DNA of 45,344 bases from Octopus sinensis. Lineage: Eukaryota. The notes under the pieces were generated by a model. It did not search any database and was not told the origin of the DNA. It saw nothing but the letters and a program-made list of their open reading frames with translations. Where the stretch lies: the NCBI RefSeq assembly GCF_006345805.1, contig NW_021834713.1, forward strand, positions 1 through 45,344, given 5' to 3'. Made by a program: the position numbers and the translations under genes. Positions 1 through 11,400 of this stretch are shown piece after piece. Position 1 is the first letter of the stretch. Every line of letters begins with the position of its first letter.

Positions 1-86
1 TGTCAAGTTTCATCAAAATATATAAAATGCCACAAACAAACGCACACCGATCTTCCACATATATAGTAGATCTATCTATATGAAAC

Positions 87-247
87 GCGCAGGCGTGGCT
101 GTGTGGTAAGAAGCTTGCTTTCCAATCACATGGTCCTGGGTTCAGCCCCACTGCGTGGTACCTTGGGTAAGTGTTTTCTATTGTAACATCGGGCCGACCA
201 AATCTTGGAATTAATTTGGTAGACGGAAACTGAAAGAAGCCCGTCGT

Positions 248-301
<54 letters not shown>

Positions 302-528
302 CTATATTTTGTGCGTATGCATATTTATATGTGTGTGTCTGTGTTTGTTCCCCCACCATCGCTTGACAACCAATATTGGTGTGTTTATGTTCCTGAAACT
401 TAGCGGTTCGGCAAAAGCGACCAACAGGATAAGTACTAGGTCAGAAAGAACAAGTCCTTGGGTTGATTCTTTGACTAAAGGCGGTGTTCCAACATGGCCA
501 CAGTCAAATGACTGAAACTGAATAAAAA
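87..528 (+). mobile_element. SINE family A (tRNA-derived head, CORE-like segment, internal (TA)n/(TG)n, conserved 3' half)
   Basis: A box tggctgtgtgg, B box gggttcagccc, CORE-like accttgggtaagtg; homologous to copies at 6674, 8415, 18283 and 41696. Confidence 0.85.
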
Positions 529-530
529 CA

Positions 531-593
<63 letters not shown>

Positions 594-595
594 AT

Positions 596-823
596 TTAGT
601 TAGTTAGTTAGTTAATTTGGCTCAAAAGCAAATAGCAAGGCCATGTAGGGGGACATGGGTTAAGTACAGGGTGGTGTTCATGTAAAGAGTTCAGCCACTT
701 GAGGTCCAGAGAGGCTTTGACACAAAGCGGTCGTCGGCATCTTCACCATCTCGTCTGGCAGCTTGTTCCACGGATCCGCAACCCAGAAGAAGAAAGCTCC
801 TCTCCTTCGATTAAGATGAAATC
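596..823 (-). mobile_element. CR1/L2-type LINE 3' end with (TAAC)n tail
   Basis: Minus strand encodes frameshifted FHLNRRRGAF..VADPWNKLPDEMVK, like the CR1 ORF2 C-terminus (WNxLP); (ttag)n at 596-613. Confidence 0.7.
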
Positions 824-1322
824 AATGATTATACACATACATGTTTGTGTGTGTTTGTATAAGTATATGTATGTATAAGTATATGTATGTAAATGTGATA
901 TATATATGCATATATATGTGTATGATAAGAACTTATGTGTTCTTCTATAGTTAAGAATGTCATCTCTTAATCCATCTGCTTCGCGATGCATTCTACCAAA
1001 TTCCATTGTTAAAATATATAATTAGCAATTCAATGTAGAATTGTTAATAAAAGATATTTCGTGTCTTTCTCGCGTCAAATGATCACATGAAAAGGAAAAT
1101 ACTTAATTTGTCAAAGGTAAGAAGTTTCCAGCTAAAAATTTATAGCAACTTTTCCCATAACGAAATAATTAAGGAAGAAAAAAAATCAAGTCGTTGAGAG
1201 TTAACTTCCGATTAAATACTATAGAATATATTTTCTGGTGTTTTCACTACTGAAATTGGATTTGCTTTATGCCTAAATTAAAAAAAACCCATTGAAGACG
1301 TATGGCCTACTGAAGATTTTAA

Positions 1323-1630
1323 CGGCTCTGCGCGGTCACGTGGTTTCGGATTCATCCCCACCTTAGGCCAAATATCTTCTACTCTAGCCCTGAGCCGACA
1401 TGTGCGTTTTGAATGAATTTGGTTGCCGGATACTTTGTGGAAGCTCATCATATGTGTGTATGGGTGCGTCTGTGCTTGTTTTTGTTCACCCTCACCACTT
1501 GACAATTGGTAATGCTGGTTTGTTTGCGTCCCCGAAACTTTGCAGTTCGGCAAAAGAGACCGATAATATATAATATACTTTAAAAAAGAAATGAAAACAA
1601 ATACACATGCTTGAGTTGTTCGACTGAAAA
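1323..1630 (+). mobile_element. Degenerate SINE-A copy
   Basis: Colinear with SINE-A (tcttctactctagccc..gccgac, cttgacaa, ttcggcaaaagagaccgata). Confidence 0.6.
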
Positions 1631-1671
1631 TGGTAATGAAAAAAATGTATATTTATTCCAATACATAAAAT

Positions 1672-2040
1672 ATTGGTCTCAAATTTTGGCACAGGGCCAG
1701 TAATTTCTGGGGAGGGTTAAGTTGATTAGATCGACCCCAGTACTTAACTGTTACTTATTTTATCGTACCCGAAAGGATGAAAGGCAAAGATGTACCCGGT
1801 GACATTTGAACACAGAATGTTAAAGACGGACGAAACGCCGCTATGCATTTTGCCTTAAGCTATTTTGAATATTAAAATGTCTTCGGTGGGGGGTAGGTAG
1901 GTCAATTGCATCAACCCCAGTGTCCAACTGGTAATTTTATCAAATTCGAAAAGAGGAAAAGCAAAGTCAACCTCAGTAGAATTTGAACTCAGAACGTAAA
2001 AAAACGGTGAGCTAACGATTCTGCCAACGCGCCATCCTCC
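1672..2040 (-). mobile_element. Two adjacent degenerate SINE-B copies
   Basis: cgaccccagt..acttattttatcg..gaaaggatgaaaggcaaag motif present twice. Confidence 0.7.
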
Positions 2041-2054
2041 TTGCCGATGTATCA

Positions 2055-2438
2055 GATGTTAATAGAAAACTAGGGCAACTTCCAGCAGTTGCACAAGACA
2101 CCATTAGTTACTTTTCAGTAAAATTACGATTTTCTTCATCACATTTGACGTTGTCCTGGTTGAGGTGGTGGTGTAGATGGAAAAGCTAAATGAAGATTAT
2201 TGCCGACATCTCTGGACGTTTAACACAACCGCTTCTGTTCAGAAATTAACATTGAGAACAGAATTTTCCGAGGAAAACTGTTTCGTGTGCAGGTATAATT
2301 TGACGTATGATCTGACAAACATTAAAATAACATTTTTTAAAATTTTTAATATTAGTTATGCCCAGAAACATTTTCAGGTTTTTCTCAACAAAGGCATCCA
2401 GTTTTTTTTTTCATAACGAAAACCACTTTCACCCACTG
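2055..2438 (+). mobile_element. Possible decayed Chapaev/CMC-type DNA transposon 3' remnant
   Basis: Degenerate similarity (SVKLRFSSSHLTLS; ..EDYC) to the recalled SLKIHFLHSHLD...DYCW motifs; weak. Confidence 0.3.
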
Positions 2439-2637
2439 ATCTGAAAAACACCTACTTTTGACAAGATGAATGCTATCACTGCCACAGTTCCTGAAAACTA
2501 AAAGTCGATATATCTTGTAATACAAAATAAGTGATTGTGAATTATTAACACGAATACAATATATTCCGATATATAAGGAAACGTTTCTTTCTTGCTCCCT
2601 CTGTTTCTGTGTTTATATATATATATATATATAATAT

Positions 2638-2717
<80 letters not shown>

Positions 2718-2718
2718 A

Positions 2719-2876
2719 GGCGCAAGCGTGTGGTAAGAAATATGCTTCCCAAACCACGAGGTTCCGGGGTTCAGTCCCACTGCGTGGTACCTTGTACAAG
2801 TGTTTTCTACTATAGCCTTAGGCTGACCTAAGCCTTCTGAGTGGATTTAGTAGACAGAAACTGGAAGAAGCCTGAC
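2719..2876 (+). mobile_element. SINE-A 5' half
   Basis: tRNA head and CORE-like segment; stops at the internal (TA)n, where Penelope-like pieces follow. Confidence 0.8.
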
Positions 2877-2887
2877 ATATATATATA

Positions 2888-3094
2888 GTTAATCTAAACA
2901 TGAAAACACAAAGAGAAAACACAACAACGCGAGGACATGGAACAAGTATAGTATTATTGGACGCTCAGGAAAGAAGGAAAGAAGCAGGGCTTAACGTTTC
3001 GGGCGGGGCGCTTCGTCAGAAACATAGGAAAAGGAAAGATCCAAAGAAGGGAAGACGGAGGGAAAAAAATCGCCAACGGTACATACGCGGGGTC
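2888..3094 (-). mobile_element. Penelope-like element terminus (pLTR-type fragment)
   Basis: Carries the acgtttcg..cttcgtcag signature (a minimal hammerhead on the minus strand); inserted in (TA)n. Confidence 0.6.
2989..3022 (-). ncRNA. Minimal type I hammerhead ribozyme (degenerate stem II)
   Basis: Minus strand reads guuu-CUGACGA-a-gcgc ccc gccc-GAAA-CGU-U-aagc; palindromic stem III ACGU, 4-bp stem I. Confidence 0.55.
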
Positions 3095-3106
3095 AATATA
3101 TATATA

Positions 3107-3308
3107 CCTGTGCATATATGAATACAGGACGTCACGCAAACAACGAGAGAAACAGATGGAAAAGAGGACAAGTAACACAAAGAACGACCCTTCATCAGTT
3201 GTCGGCTGTCTATTAACTCCTCATTTCGAGCATTGAACGACAATATGAGTCTTCGAAGACAGTTACTCCCATAAGTCCTAAAATAAAATTTTGGATTTAT
3301 GGACGGTG
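3107..3308 (-). mobile_element. Second Penelope-like terminal fragment
   Basis: cttcatcag / tttcg / cttcgaag motif arrangement shared with the element at 15984-16901. Confidence 0.5.
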
Positions 3309-3587
3309 ATGTTATAATGGGTGTAGCGTTAAATATACCTTATTTCGCTCTGATTTAATGCAGCATATTTTTAGTGAGCGTGGGTTTAAGCCGTTGGGCA
3401 AGATTGGCGGAGGACAGATTCTATTCCGAAGTATCTATATACAGACAGGGAGTAATTAAGAAAAATAAGCAGAGTAAGGAAAATGAAACTAAAACATACA
3501 ATAAAGTAAAACATTATGTGCGTCGGTACCAGAAAAATTTACTTCTGTATCCACACTTGCGTTCCTGTGTACACCTTCCCGCCTTCC

Positions 3588-3624
<37 letters not shown>

Positions 3625-3657
3625 CTCTCTCTCTCTCTAATTTATATATATATATAT

Positions 3658-3690
<33 letters not shown>

Positions 3691-3709
3691 TGTACTTATG
3701 TGCATGTAT

Positions 3710-3961
3710 TTATAAACACTCAGTTTGGAACAATAAAAATCTGCAAGACCTTAAAATTTTAACAAGAGGTTTTCCTTCACAACCTTGCTCTCTAAAATGA
3801 TCTCTAGATTTTAAAAAATGAAAAAGAAAACATACATACATGCATACGTACACAAATACATCCAACATACATACATACATACATACATACATACATACAT
3901 ACATACATACATACATACATACATACATACAATACATACATACATACGTAAATACATACAT
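3710..3961 (+). mobile_element. RLE-type LINE 3' end with (CATA)n tail
   Basis: Encodes FGTIKICKTLKF*, then a short 3'UTR and (cata)n. Confidence 0.6.
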
Positions 3962-3985
3962 ACTATATACGTACGTACGTACATA

Positions 3986-4238
3986 GTAAATGCCTAAATG
4001 ACAATCAGGATCAGATAGGCTTTTCAGAAAAAGAAATCAACCAGCTTATTCGGATATTACAAATACAATCAGTAAATGGAAGAGTTAAAATATGCAAGAC
4101 TTTTCTTAAGTTGAACATGTGATTGTGACATTGTTTTTGTTATCAATATACCAACGGGGAAGCGGGTTATATGTTTGTCAGAAATCAGCTTTTTCCTTAC
4201 AGAAAGAATTCAAATAATTAAAAATAGAAGCGAACATA
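3986..4238 (+). mobile_element. RLE-type LINE 3' end (related family); its tail is interrupted by a mariner MITE
   Basis: IGFSEKEINQLIRILQIQSVNGRVKICKTFLKLNM*; preceded by (cata)n, and (cata)n resumes at 4805. Confidence 0.65.
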
Positions 4239-4804
4239 TTGGGTTATCCGGAAAGTTCGTGCCGATTTTTAAAGGAAAGAAAAAGGTCAATAAATACTTG
4301 CCATTATATTTTTAATCAACCAAATATGAAACATTTTGTTACACAATGCGTCTCCATATTTCCTTTAACTTGAAAATACCCTCTTCCCAGAATCGAGGTG
4401 GTTTCATGGCAAAGAATTCATCAAGGTATCTTTTTACATCATCCAAGGAATTGAAATTTTTACCATTAAGACTATTCTGCAGAGACCTGAATAAGTGGAA
4501 ATCCGAAGGAGCAATATCTGTTGAATATGGAGGGTGGGGTAACACATCCCAGCCGAGCTACAGCAATTTTTGTCTGGTTCCCAAAGCATCAAGTGCCGAA
4601 AATGAACTTTCTTATCTTCCATTTTAAAGGGTTACAGAATTAACACGGGTTATAGGAACCTAATCCTTCTTCCACGAAAAGATAGCTTAAACTGTGCTCT
4701 AAATGGAGGTGTAGTCAAATCCTATTTTATTAACTCAAGCATGTTCTAAAATAAGTCGAAAAGTAAGCTACTATAAATCAGCACGAACTTTCCGGACAGC
4801 CCAA
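4239..4804 (-). mobile_element. Internally deleted mariner (MITE-like), 566 bp
   Basis: TIRs ttgggttatccggaaagttcgtgccgattt / aaatcagcacgaactttccggacagcccaa; TA TSD; MEDKKVHFRHLML joined to HPPYSTDIAPSDFHLFRSL. Confidence 0.9.
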
Positions 4805-4881
4805 TACATACATACATACATACATACATACATACATACATACATACATACATACATACATACATACATACATACATACAT

Positions 4882-5340
4882 GCTGGCCGTCCACTCATGA
4901 CCGAGGAAGACCATTGCTGACCTTCGGGAACATTGTGCGCTCTAGGACTAACTTATATTTTGCATTTGCAGCTCCGTTGGTGGCTAATAAGTCCTGCTCT
5001 TGACAAGCATACATGACCACAAACATTGCAAACCAAGCTTTCCCCATTCACTACACCAGCAGTGCGCTTTCGAGTAGCACGCTTGAGTTCTTCATGCAGA
5101 ATACGTGCTCTCTCAAAGGTGTCGAACCCTCTTTAACCTGCTTCCTCCATCTGTGGCGATGACAGGCATTGCTCTCCCAATCAGTCTCCTGCATATCACA
5201 TACCTTTAATGAGGACTTGACACGGTCCTTAAATCGCAGCCTTGGTTTTTGCCGGGGTCCCTTTCCATTCACAAGTTCCCCATATAACATCTGCTTAGCG
5301 ATCCTGCTATCCTTCGTTCTAATAAGGTGTCCAGTCCAAA
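4882..5340 (-). mobile_element. RTE-clade LINE 3' end
   Basis: WTGHLIRTKDSRIAKQMLYGEL..RLRFKDRVK..W; C-terminal CNVCGHVCLSRAGLISH zinc finger; abuts (ATGT)n. Confidence 0.85.
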
Positions 5341-5441
5341 ACATACATGCATACACGCACGCATACATACATTCACACACACACACATACATACATACAT
5401 ACATACAGATATGCATGCATACATACATGAGTCTATACTTA

Positions 5442-5443
<2 letters not shown>

Positions 5444-5476
<33 letters not shown>

Positions 5477-5572
5477 GGAAAGAAAGAAAAGGAAAAGAGA
5501 GAAAATTAAAGAAGAAAGAAAGAAAGAAGAAAAGAAGAAAAGAAAGATAAAGAAAGAAAGAAGTAAAGAAAA
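5444..5572 (+). repeat. (GAAA)n purine-rich tract
   Basis: Direct reading. Confidence 0.9.
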
Positions 5573-5895
5573 GAGCGATTTGACGTCATTTTGATCTGCG
5601 TTCTGTGTCAAAGAAAGAACGCAGGTTAATATGACGTCATATCTCCATTTCATTTTTCAATCGGTATGTGTGTACGCGCGCGTGTGTGTGTATGTATGCA
5701 TGTGCGTGTGTGTATGTGTGTGTGGTGAGGGTTTCAGTGAGCTACAGTGTATACGTTTGTTGACGTCATGCAGGTATGAGTCCTTTTCATAAATGACTGA
5801 AAATTAATTTTGGGTCTTGAAACTTTTCTGAAAAGAAGGAAAAGAAGAATATAACCTATCTATTTATCCAATTATCTAGCTAGCTAGCTATTTGT

Positions 5896-5898
5896 CTG

Positions 5899-5997
<99 letters not shown>

Positions 5998-6060
5998 CTA
6001 TCTCTCTTTCTTTCTCCCTCTCTCTCTCTCTCTACACACACACACACTACATATATGTAT

Positions 6061-6104
<44 letters not shown>

Positions 6105-6130
6105 AGATTATATATATATATATATATATA
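5896..6130 (+). repeat. Compound microsatellite (CTAT)n-(CT)n-(CA)n-(TA)n
   Basis: Direct reading. Confidence 0.95.
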
Positions 6131-6287
6131 TTTCTCTACAACCCACAGGGAGCTAAACACAGAGGGGACAAACGACGAAAGACAAACGGATTAAGTCAAT
6201 TTCATCGACCCCAGTGCGTAACTGGTACTTAACTTATCGATCCCGAAGGATGAAAGGCAAAGTCGACCTCGGCGGAATTTGAACTCA

Positions 6288-6288
<1 letters not shown>
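6131..6288 (-). mobile_element. 5'-truncated SINE-B (tail type 1) inside (TA)n
   Basis: Matches the SINE-B body and tail 1. Confidence 0.85.
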
Positions 6289-6365
<77 letters not shown>

Positions 6366-6525
6366 ATATATATATTTATGTATGCATGCAAGTATGTATG
6401 TATGTATGTATTGTATGTATGTATGTATGTATGTATGTATGTATGTCTATGTGGATATGTGTGTATATGTACAAATAATATACTCATACATATGTATATA
6501 TACATTCATATAATGTGTGTGTGTG

Positions 6526-6564
<39 letters not shown>

Positions 6565-6673
6565 TGTGTGTGTGTTTGTATTATGTTTTATTTGTTTGAG
6601 TCATTGGAATGTGTACATGCTAGGACACCACCTAGAAGAATATAGTCAAATAAACTATACTGCTTTAAATTAT

Positions 6674-7043
6674 GGTGGCTGTGTGGTAAGTAGCTTGCTT
6701 ACGAACCACATGACTCCGGGTTCAGTCCCACTGCGTGGCACCTTGGGCAAGTGTCTTCTACTATAGCCTCGGGCCGACCAAAGCTTCGTGAGTGGATTTG
6801 GTAGATGGAAACTGAATATATATATATATGTATGTGTGTGTTTGAGTGTCTGTGCCTGTCCCCCCAACATCACTTGACAACTGATGCTGGTGTGTTTACG
6901 TCCCCGTTACTTAGCGGTTCGGCAAAACAGACCGATAGAATAAGTACTAGGCTTACAACGAATAAGTCCTGGGGTCGATTTGCTCGACTAAAGGCGGTGC
7001 TCCAGTATGGCCACAGTCAAATGACTGAAACAAGTAAAAGAGT
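6674..7043 (+). mobile_element. SINE-A copy
   Basis: Near full-length homology to the other SINE-A copies. Confidence 0.9.
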
Positions 7044-7455
7044 ATTCTATCGGGACGTAAACAAACCAATGCTGGTTATCGTATGATTGTAGTGGAGCTT
7101 AAAAAAAAAAAAAAGATTTGAATACATATATGACCGAGATAAGTTGCTTAACTTAAACAAAAATGAGCGAAGGGAAATAACTCAGTGATCAGCGTCATGT
7201 ATTTGAATAACATAGACAAATATAGGTATATCAAATACCGTACATGTGTATTTTATTTATTTAAATCATTTCCGCCTTTAGAGATGTGGCACAGTTACCA
7301 AGTGGAAATTATCATCAGCTCCACCTGAGAAGGGGAGTTAATCGCGAGAATCAAGCATTCTATTTGGGTTATTTTACAGACTCCTTATTGTTTCGTAGTA
7401 TTCAGTAAAATAATGGTCTAAACAAAGCAAAACAGAAAATTTCGGAAAGAATATT

Positions 7456-8041
7456 GCTTTCAAATTTTGGCACAAGGCCCGCAATTTCGGAAAAGAGATA
7501 AATCTATTTACATCAACCACAGTGTTCCACTGGTACTTATTTTATCGCACCCCGAAAGGGTGAAAGGCAAAGTCGAGCTCGTAGGAATTTGAACTCAGAA
7601 TGTGCGGCAGGCGAAATACCTATTTCTTTACTACCCACAAGGGGCTAAACACAGAGAGGACAAACAAGGACAGACAAACGGATTAAGTCGATTATATCGA
7701 CACCAGTGCGTAACTGATACTTATTTAATCGACCCCGAAAGGATGAAAGGCAAAGTCGAACTCGGAAGAATTTGAAATCAGAATGTAGCGGCAGGCGAAA
7801 TACCTATTTCTTAACTACCCATAAGGGGCTAAACAAAGAGAGGACAAACACGGACAGACAAACGGATTAAGTCGATTATATCGACCCCAGTGCGTAACTG
7901 GTACTTATTTAATCGACCCCGAAAGAATGAAAGGCAAAGTCGACCTCGGCGGAATTTGAACGAACTCAGAACGTAACGCGAGACGAAATACCGCTAAGCA
8001 TTTTGCTCGGCGCAAAAACGATCCTGTCAGCACGCCACCAT
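7456..8041 (-). mobile_element. SINE-B composite trimer flanked by an 18-bp TSD
   Basis: TSD aatttcggaaagaatatt at 7438-7455 and 8042-8059; internal junctions at about 7619 and 7803 (184-bp period). Confidence 0.9.
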
Positions 8042-8139
8042 AATTTCGGAAAGAATATTAATGTCATACTTTCGTTACGTTTTCTTTTCGTGATAACATT
8101 TAAAATTTTGGAAATCCCTACATGGTAAAATTGTTTAAA

Positions 8140-8342
8140 AAGACACAAAGCCAGCAATTTTGAGCGATAGGGTAAGTCGATTACATCGACCCCAGTGTTT
8201 AAATGGTATGTATTTTATCGAGCCCGAAAAGGATAAAAAGCTAAGTCGACATCGCTGGAATTTTGAACTCAGAAATGTAAAGACGGGTGAAGTGCCGCTA
8301 AGCATTTAGCCCGGCGTGCCAACGATTGTCAGCTCGCAACCT
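8140..8342 (-). mobile_element. SINE-B monomer (older, tail type 2)
   Basis: Head, body and cttgtg-type tail homology. Confidence 0.8.
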
Positions 8343-8414
8343 TATTTCGATTTATTAATATTACAAAACACCAACTAGTGCAAATGAAAGAATATTTCTT
8401 AAGGTCTTGATTCT

Positions 8415-8830
8415 CGCGTAGGAGTGGCTGTGTGGTAAGTAGCTTGCTTACGAACCACATGGTTCCGAGTTCAGTCCCACTGCGTGGCACCTTGAGCAAG
8501 TGTCTTCTACTATAGCTTCGGGCCGACCAAAGATTTGGGAGTGGATTTGGTTGACGGAAACTGAAAGAAGCCCGTCGTATATGTGTATGTATATATATAG
8601 ATGTGTGTATTGTGTGTGTCTTTGTTTGTCCCCCCACCAACAACGCATGACAACCGATGCTGGTGTGTTTACGTCCCCGTAACTTAGCAGTTCGGCAAAA
8701 AATACCGATAGAATAAGTACTAGGCTTACAAAGAGTAAATCCTGGGGTCGATTTGCTCGACTAAAAGGCAGTGCTCCAGCATGGCCACAGTCAAACGACT
8801 GAAACAAGTAAAAGAGTAAAGGAGTAAAGA
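8415..8830 (+). mobile_element. SINE-A copy
   Basis: Full-length homology; short (agtaaa(g))n 3' repeats. Confidence 0.9.
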
Positions 8831-8982
8831 GTCATTTCGATACACAGTTTAAGTAAGATTTCATCACCTGGAGACGAGTTAGCCGGGTACCAAATGTGAA
8901 CGCGAGCGCGCGCGTCTGTGCGTGCGTGTGTGTGTGTGTGTGGTGTGTGTGTGAATTCGTGTGTGTGTGTGTGTGTGTGAAT

Positions 8983-9018
<36 letters not shown>

Positions 9019-9401
9019 TGTGTGTGCGTGCGTGTGTGTGTGTGTGTTTATATTTAAGAAAGGATGTACTGAATCCTACAGGTGGCACCTTAATCTCTTT
9101 AAATATCCCTCCTCAAGCAAAACTTTTAGTGATTGCCAAATAAAAGGAGAGATAATTTTAAGACATGAAAAATTAATTTTTCATTTTAGTTTCCTTATGT
9201 TGGAAAAGGCCAATCTGACCATTGGCAACGGTCTTAGAAATAATAGGAATCACAAGAGATCAAAGAGCTCGGAAGAACCAACTACAACCCAAGAGTTGGT
9301 GCTGGCAGCTGCTACTGCTGCTGCTGGTATTATTTTCTTGATTATGATGAAGATAAAATTGCTGCTGCTACTGATAATTATAATGATCATGGTACATGTT
9401 C

Positions 9402-9477
<76 letters not shown>

Positions 9478-9574
9478 GTACTCACAGACACACATGCGTA
9501 CATACGCATACGTATATATGTATGCACATGTATGTTTTTGTATTACATATATGCATATACATAAATTTATAGAT

Positions 9575-10100
9575 ATGTTTCTTTATTAGCCACACAGGGC
9601 TGAACGCAGAGGGGACAAATTACTAAGTAGAGCTTTTCTTTTTGGGGAGGAGAAAAAAAAAGTGGGGTAGGTTTTCGATTAAAAGGAATCGTAAGAAGAA
9701 AAAAACGATCAATAGGGATCGTGTATTACAGAAATGTCATGATATAAAGTGTAAAGGGGAAAACAGATAAGGTTTGTCTGTGGAAAGAAAAGCCTACGGA
9801 AAAGACCAAGGTAACCTCGGTCAATAATGTCACATGTTAACACATTTATTTGCAAGTAAGTAACTCTCTGTTTTAAATTTTCCGGGTTCATAGGATCATG
9901 CTCAAGGTGGCTTCGTCACTCATACGTGCCATCCTTGCTACATTCACCCATCTTTCTTTGAAACATTCGCTAGGAAAAACTTGCCTCTCTACTCTCACTT
10001 TCCTTTTCAAGTGATACTTGAAAAATTTGATGAAAGGTTGACCAGAGAGGTAAGTGTTTGTCTCTAATCCTTTCAGACGCGTCCACCAGGTACATTCTTT
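9575..10100 (-). mobile_element. L1/Tx1-type LINE 3' end (ORF2 C-terminus and 3'UTR)
   Basis: WWTRLKGLETNTYLSGQPFIKFFKYHLKRKVRVE..ECFKERWVNVARMARM..MIL*; 3' terminus resembles SINE-B tail 1. Confidence 0.65.
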
Positions 10101-10684
10101 GAACTTTATATATTTGAGTATATTGAATGTGCGAGAACATTGGTAAGTGCGACTTTTAAACCATCTGTTAAATGAATATCGGTTATTAACATATTGATCC
10201 GAAGACCTTTATGCATCTGAAAAATATTGTTACAGACAACATAGGAAGTAACTTCAGTGGGAAGCCTTATGCGAACATTATTATTAAAAAATTTTTTTTA
10301 GCAATTCTGATTATGAGAATTGTGATCAAAAAGAGAGCTCAACCCGATAAATCTAAAAGCATTGTTTCGTCTTGGTCATTATCTTTTCATATATAAACAG
10401 TACAACAATCGATTAAATTTTCAATAAACTTGAAATAGCCAGAGAGCAAAGAGATGGAAAATCAGCGGGTGGGGGTGGAGGAACAAATGAGAGTGGAGTG
10501 AAGGGAAGATATAAAGTTGAAAGAAACTGATAGAAAGACACGAACAAAAAAATACAGAGTAAAATGCTCGGAAGAAGCATTTCTTGGGCACCCACTGGAT
10601 AGAACCGAACGAAATCATTATCGGTTTTAGAGTCGATTTATGCAGCAACAGATAAAAAGTTTTCTCTCGTTCATACAAAGGCTG

Positions 10685-10843
10685 AAATTCCGCCGAGGTC
10701 GACTTTGCCTTGCATCCTTTCGGGGTCGATAAATTAAGTACCAGTTACGCACTGGGGTCGATGTAATCGACTTAATCCGTTTGTCTGTCCTTGCTTGTCC
10801 CCTCTGTGTTTAGCCCCTTGTGGGTAGTAAAGAAATAGGTATT
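10685..10843 (+). mobile_element. 5'-truncated SINE-B (tail 1) ending gaaataggtatt
   Basis: Near-consensus body and tail. Confidence 0.85.
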
Positions 10844-11066
10844 CAGATATGATGCGAGGGTTCTTGACAATCAGCGAGGTTTCTTGACAATTAGCAGTAC
10901 AGAGGTTACATTTTCTTAATACATTCATGTGGGATTAATAGTCATTGAGGTCGACTGTGCCTTTCATCTTTTTCGGGATCAATGAAATAAGTACCAGTTC
11001 CGCACTGGGATCGATGTAATCGACTAGCCTCATCCCACAAAATTTCGATCCTCTTGTACTTTATAG

Positions 11067-11400
11067 AGATGGACTTGCATAGCAAGTGATTTGATCTGAG
11101 ATCGTGTGCTGGAACGAAAACAATTGCAGCGTAGAAGATGTTTGTAAGCGATTTAAGAAACACACAAAAGCCGTTCGATTCACTTCAACATTTAAGTTTA
11201 ATTTGTCAAAATATCTTCGTCGCTATAAGACCGCGACCTGTTCACTGACAAAAATCCGTGCGGCATCTCGACAAAAATCCGTGCTGCATCTCAGAGATGC
11301 AGCACGGATTTTTGTCAGTGAACAGGTCGCGGTCTTATAGCGACGAAAATATTTTGACAAATTAAACTTAAATGTTGAAGTGAATCGAAAGGCTTTTGTG
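11067..11400. mobile_element. Palindromic Penelope-like insertion with a 12-bp TSD
   Basis: TSD tgtactttatag at 11055-11066 and 11401-11412; inverted arms 11161-11292 / 11294-11402. Confidence 0.7.
11311..11361 (+). ncRNA. Candidate minimal hammerhead ribozyme, G3:C8 core variant
   Basis: uuuguca-GUGAACA-g-gucgc(9 nt)gcgac-GAAA-auau-U-U-ugacaaa. Confidence 0.45.

Noticed and set aside
743-1006. ORF MEFGRMHREADGLRDDILNYRR...
   Set aside because: Runs through AT microsatellite into an out-of-frame CR1 remnant; no recognisable homology.
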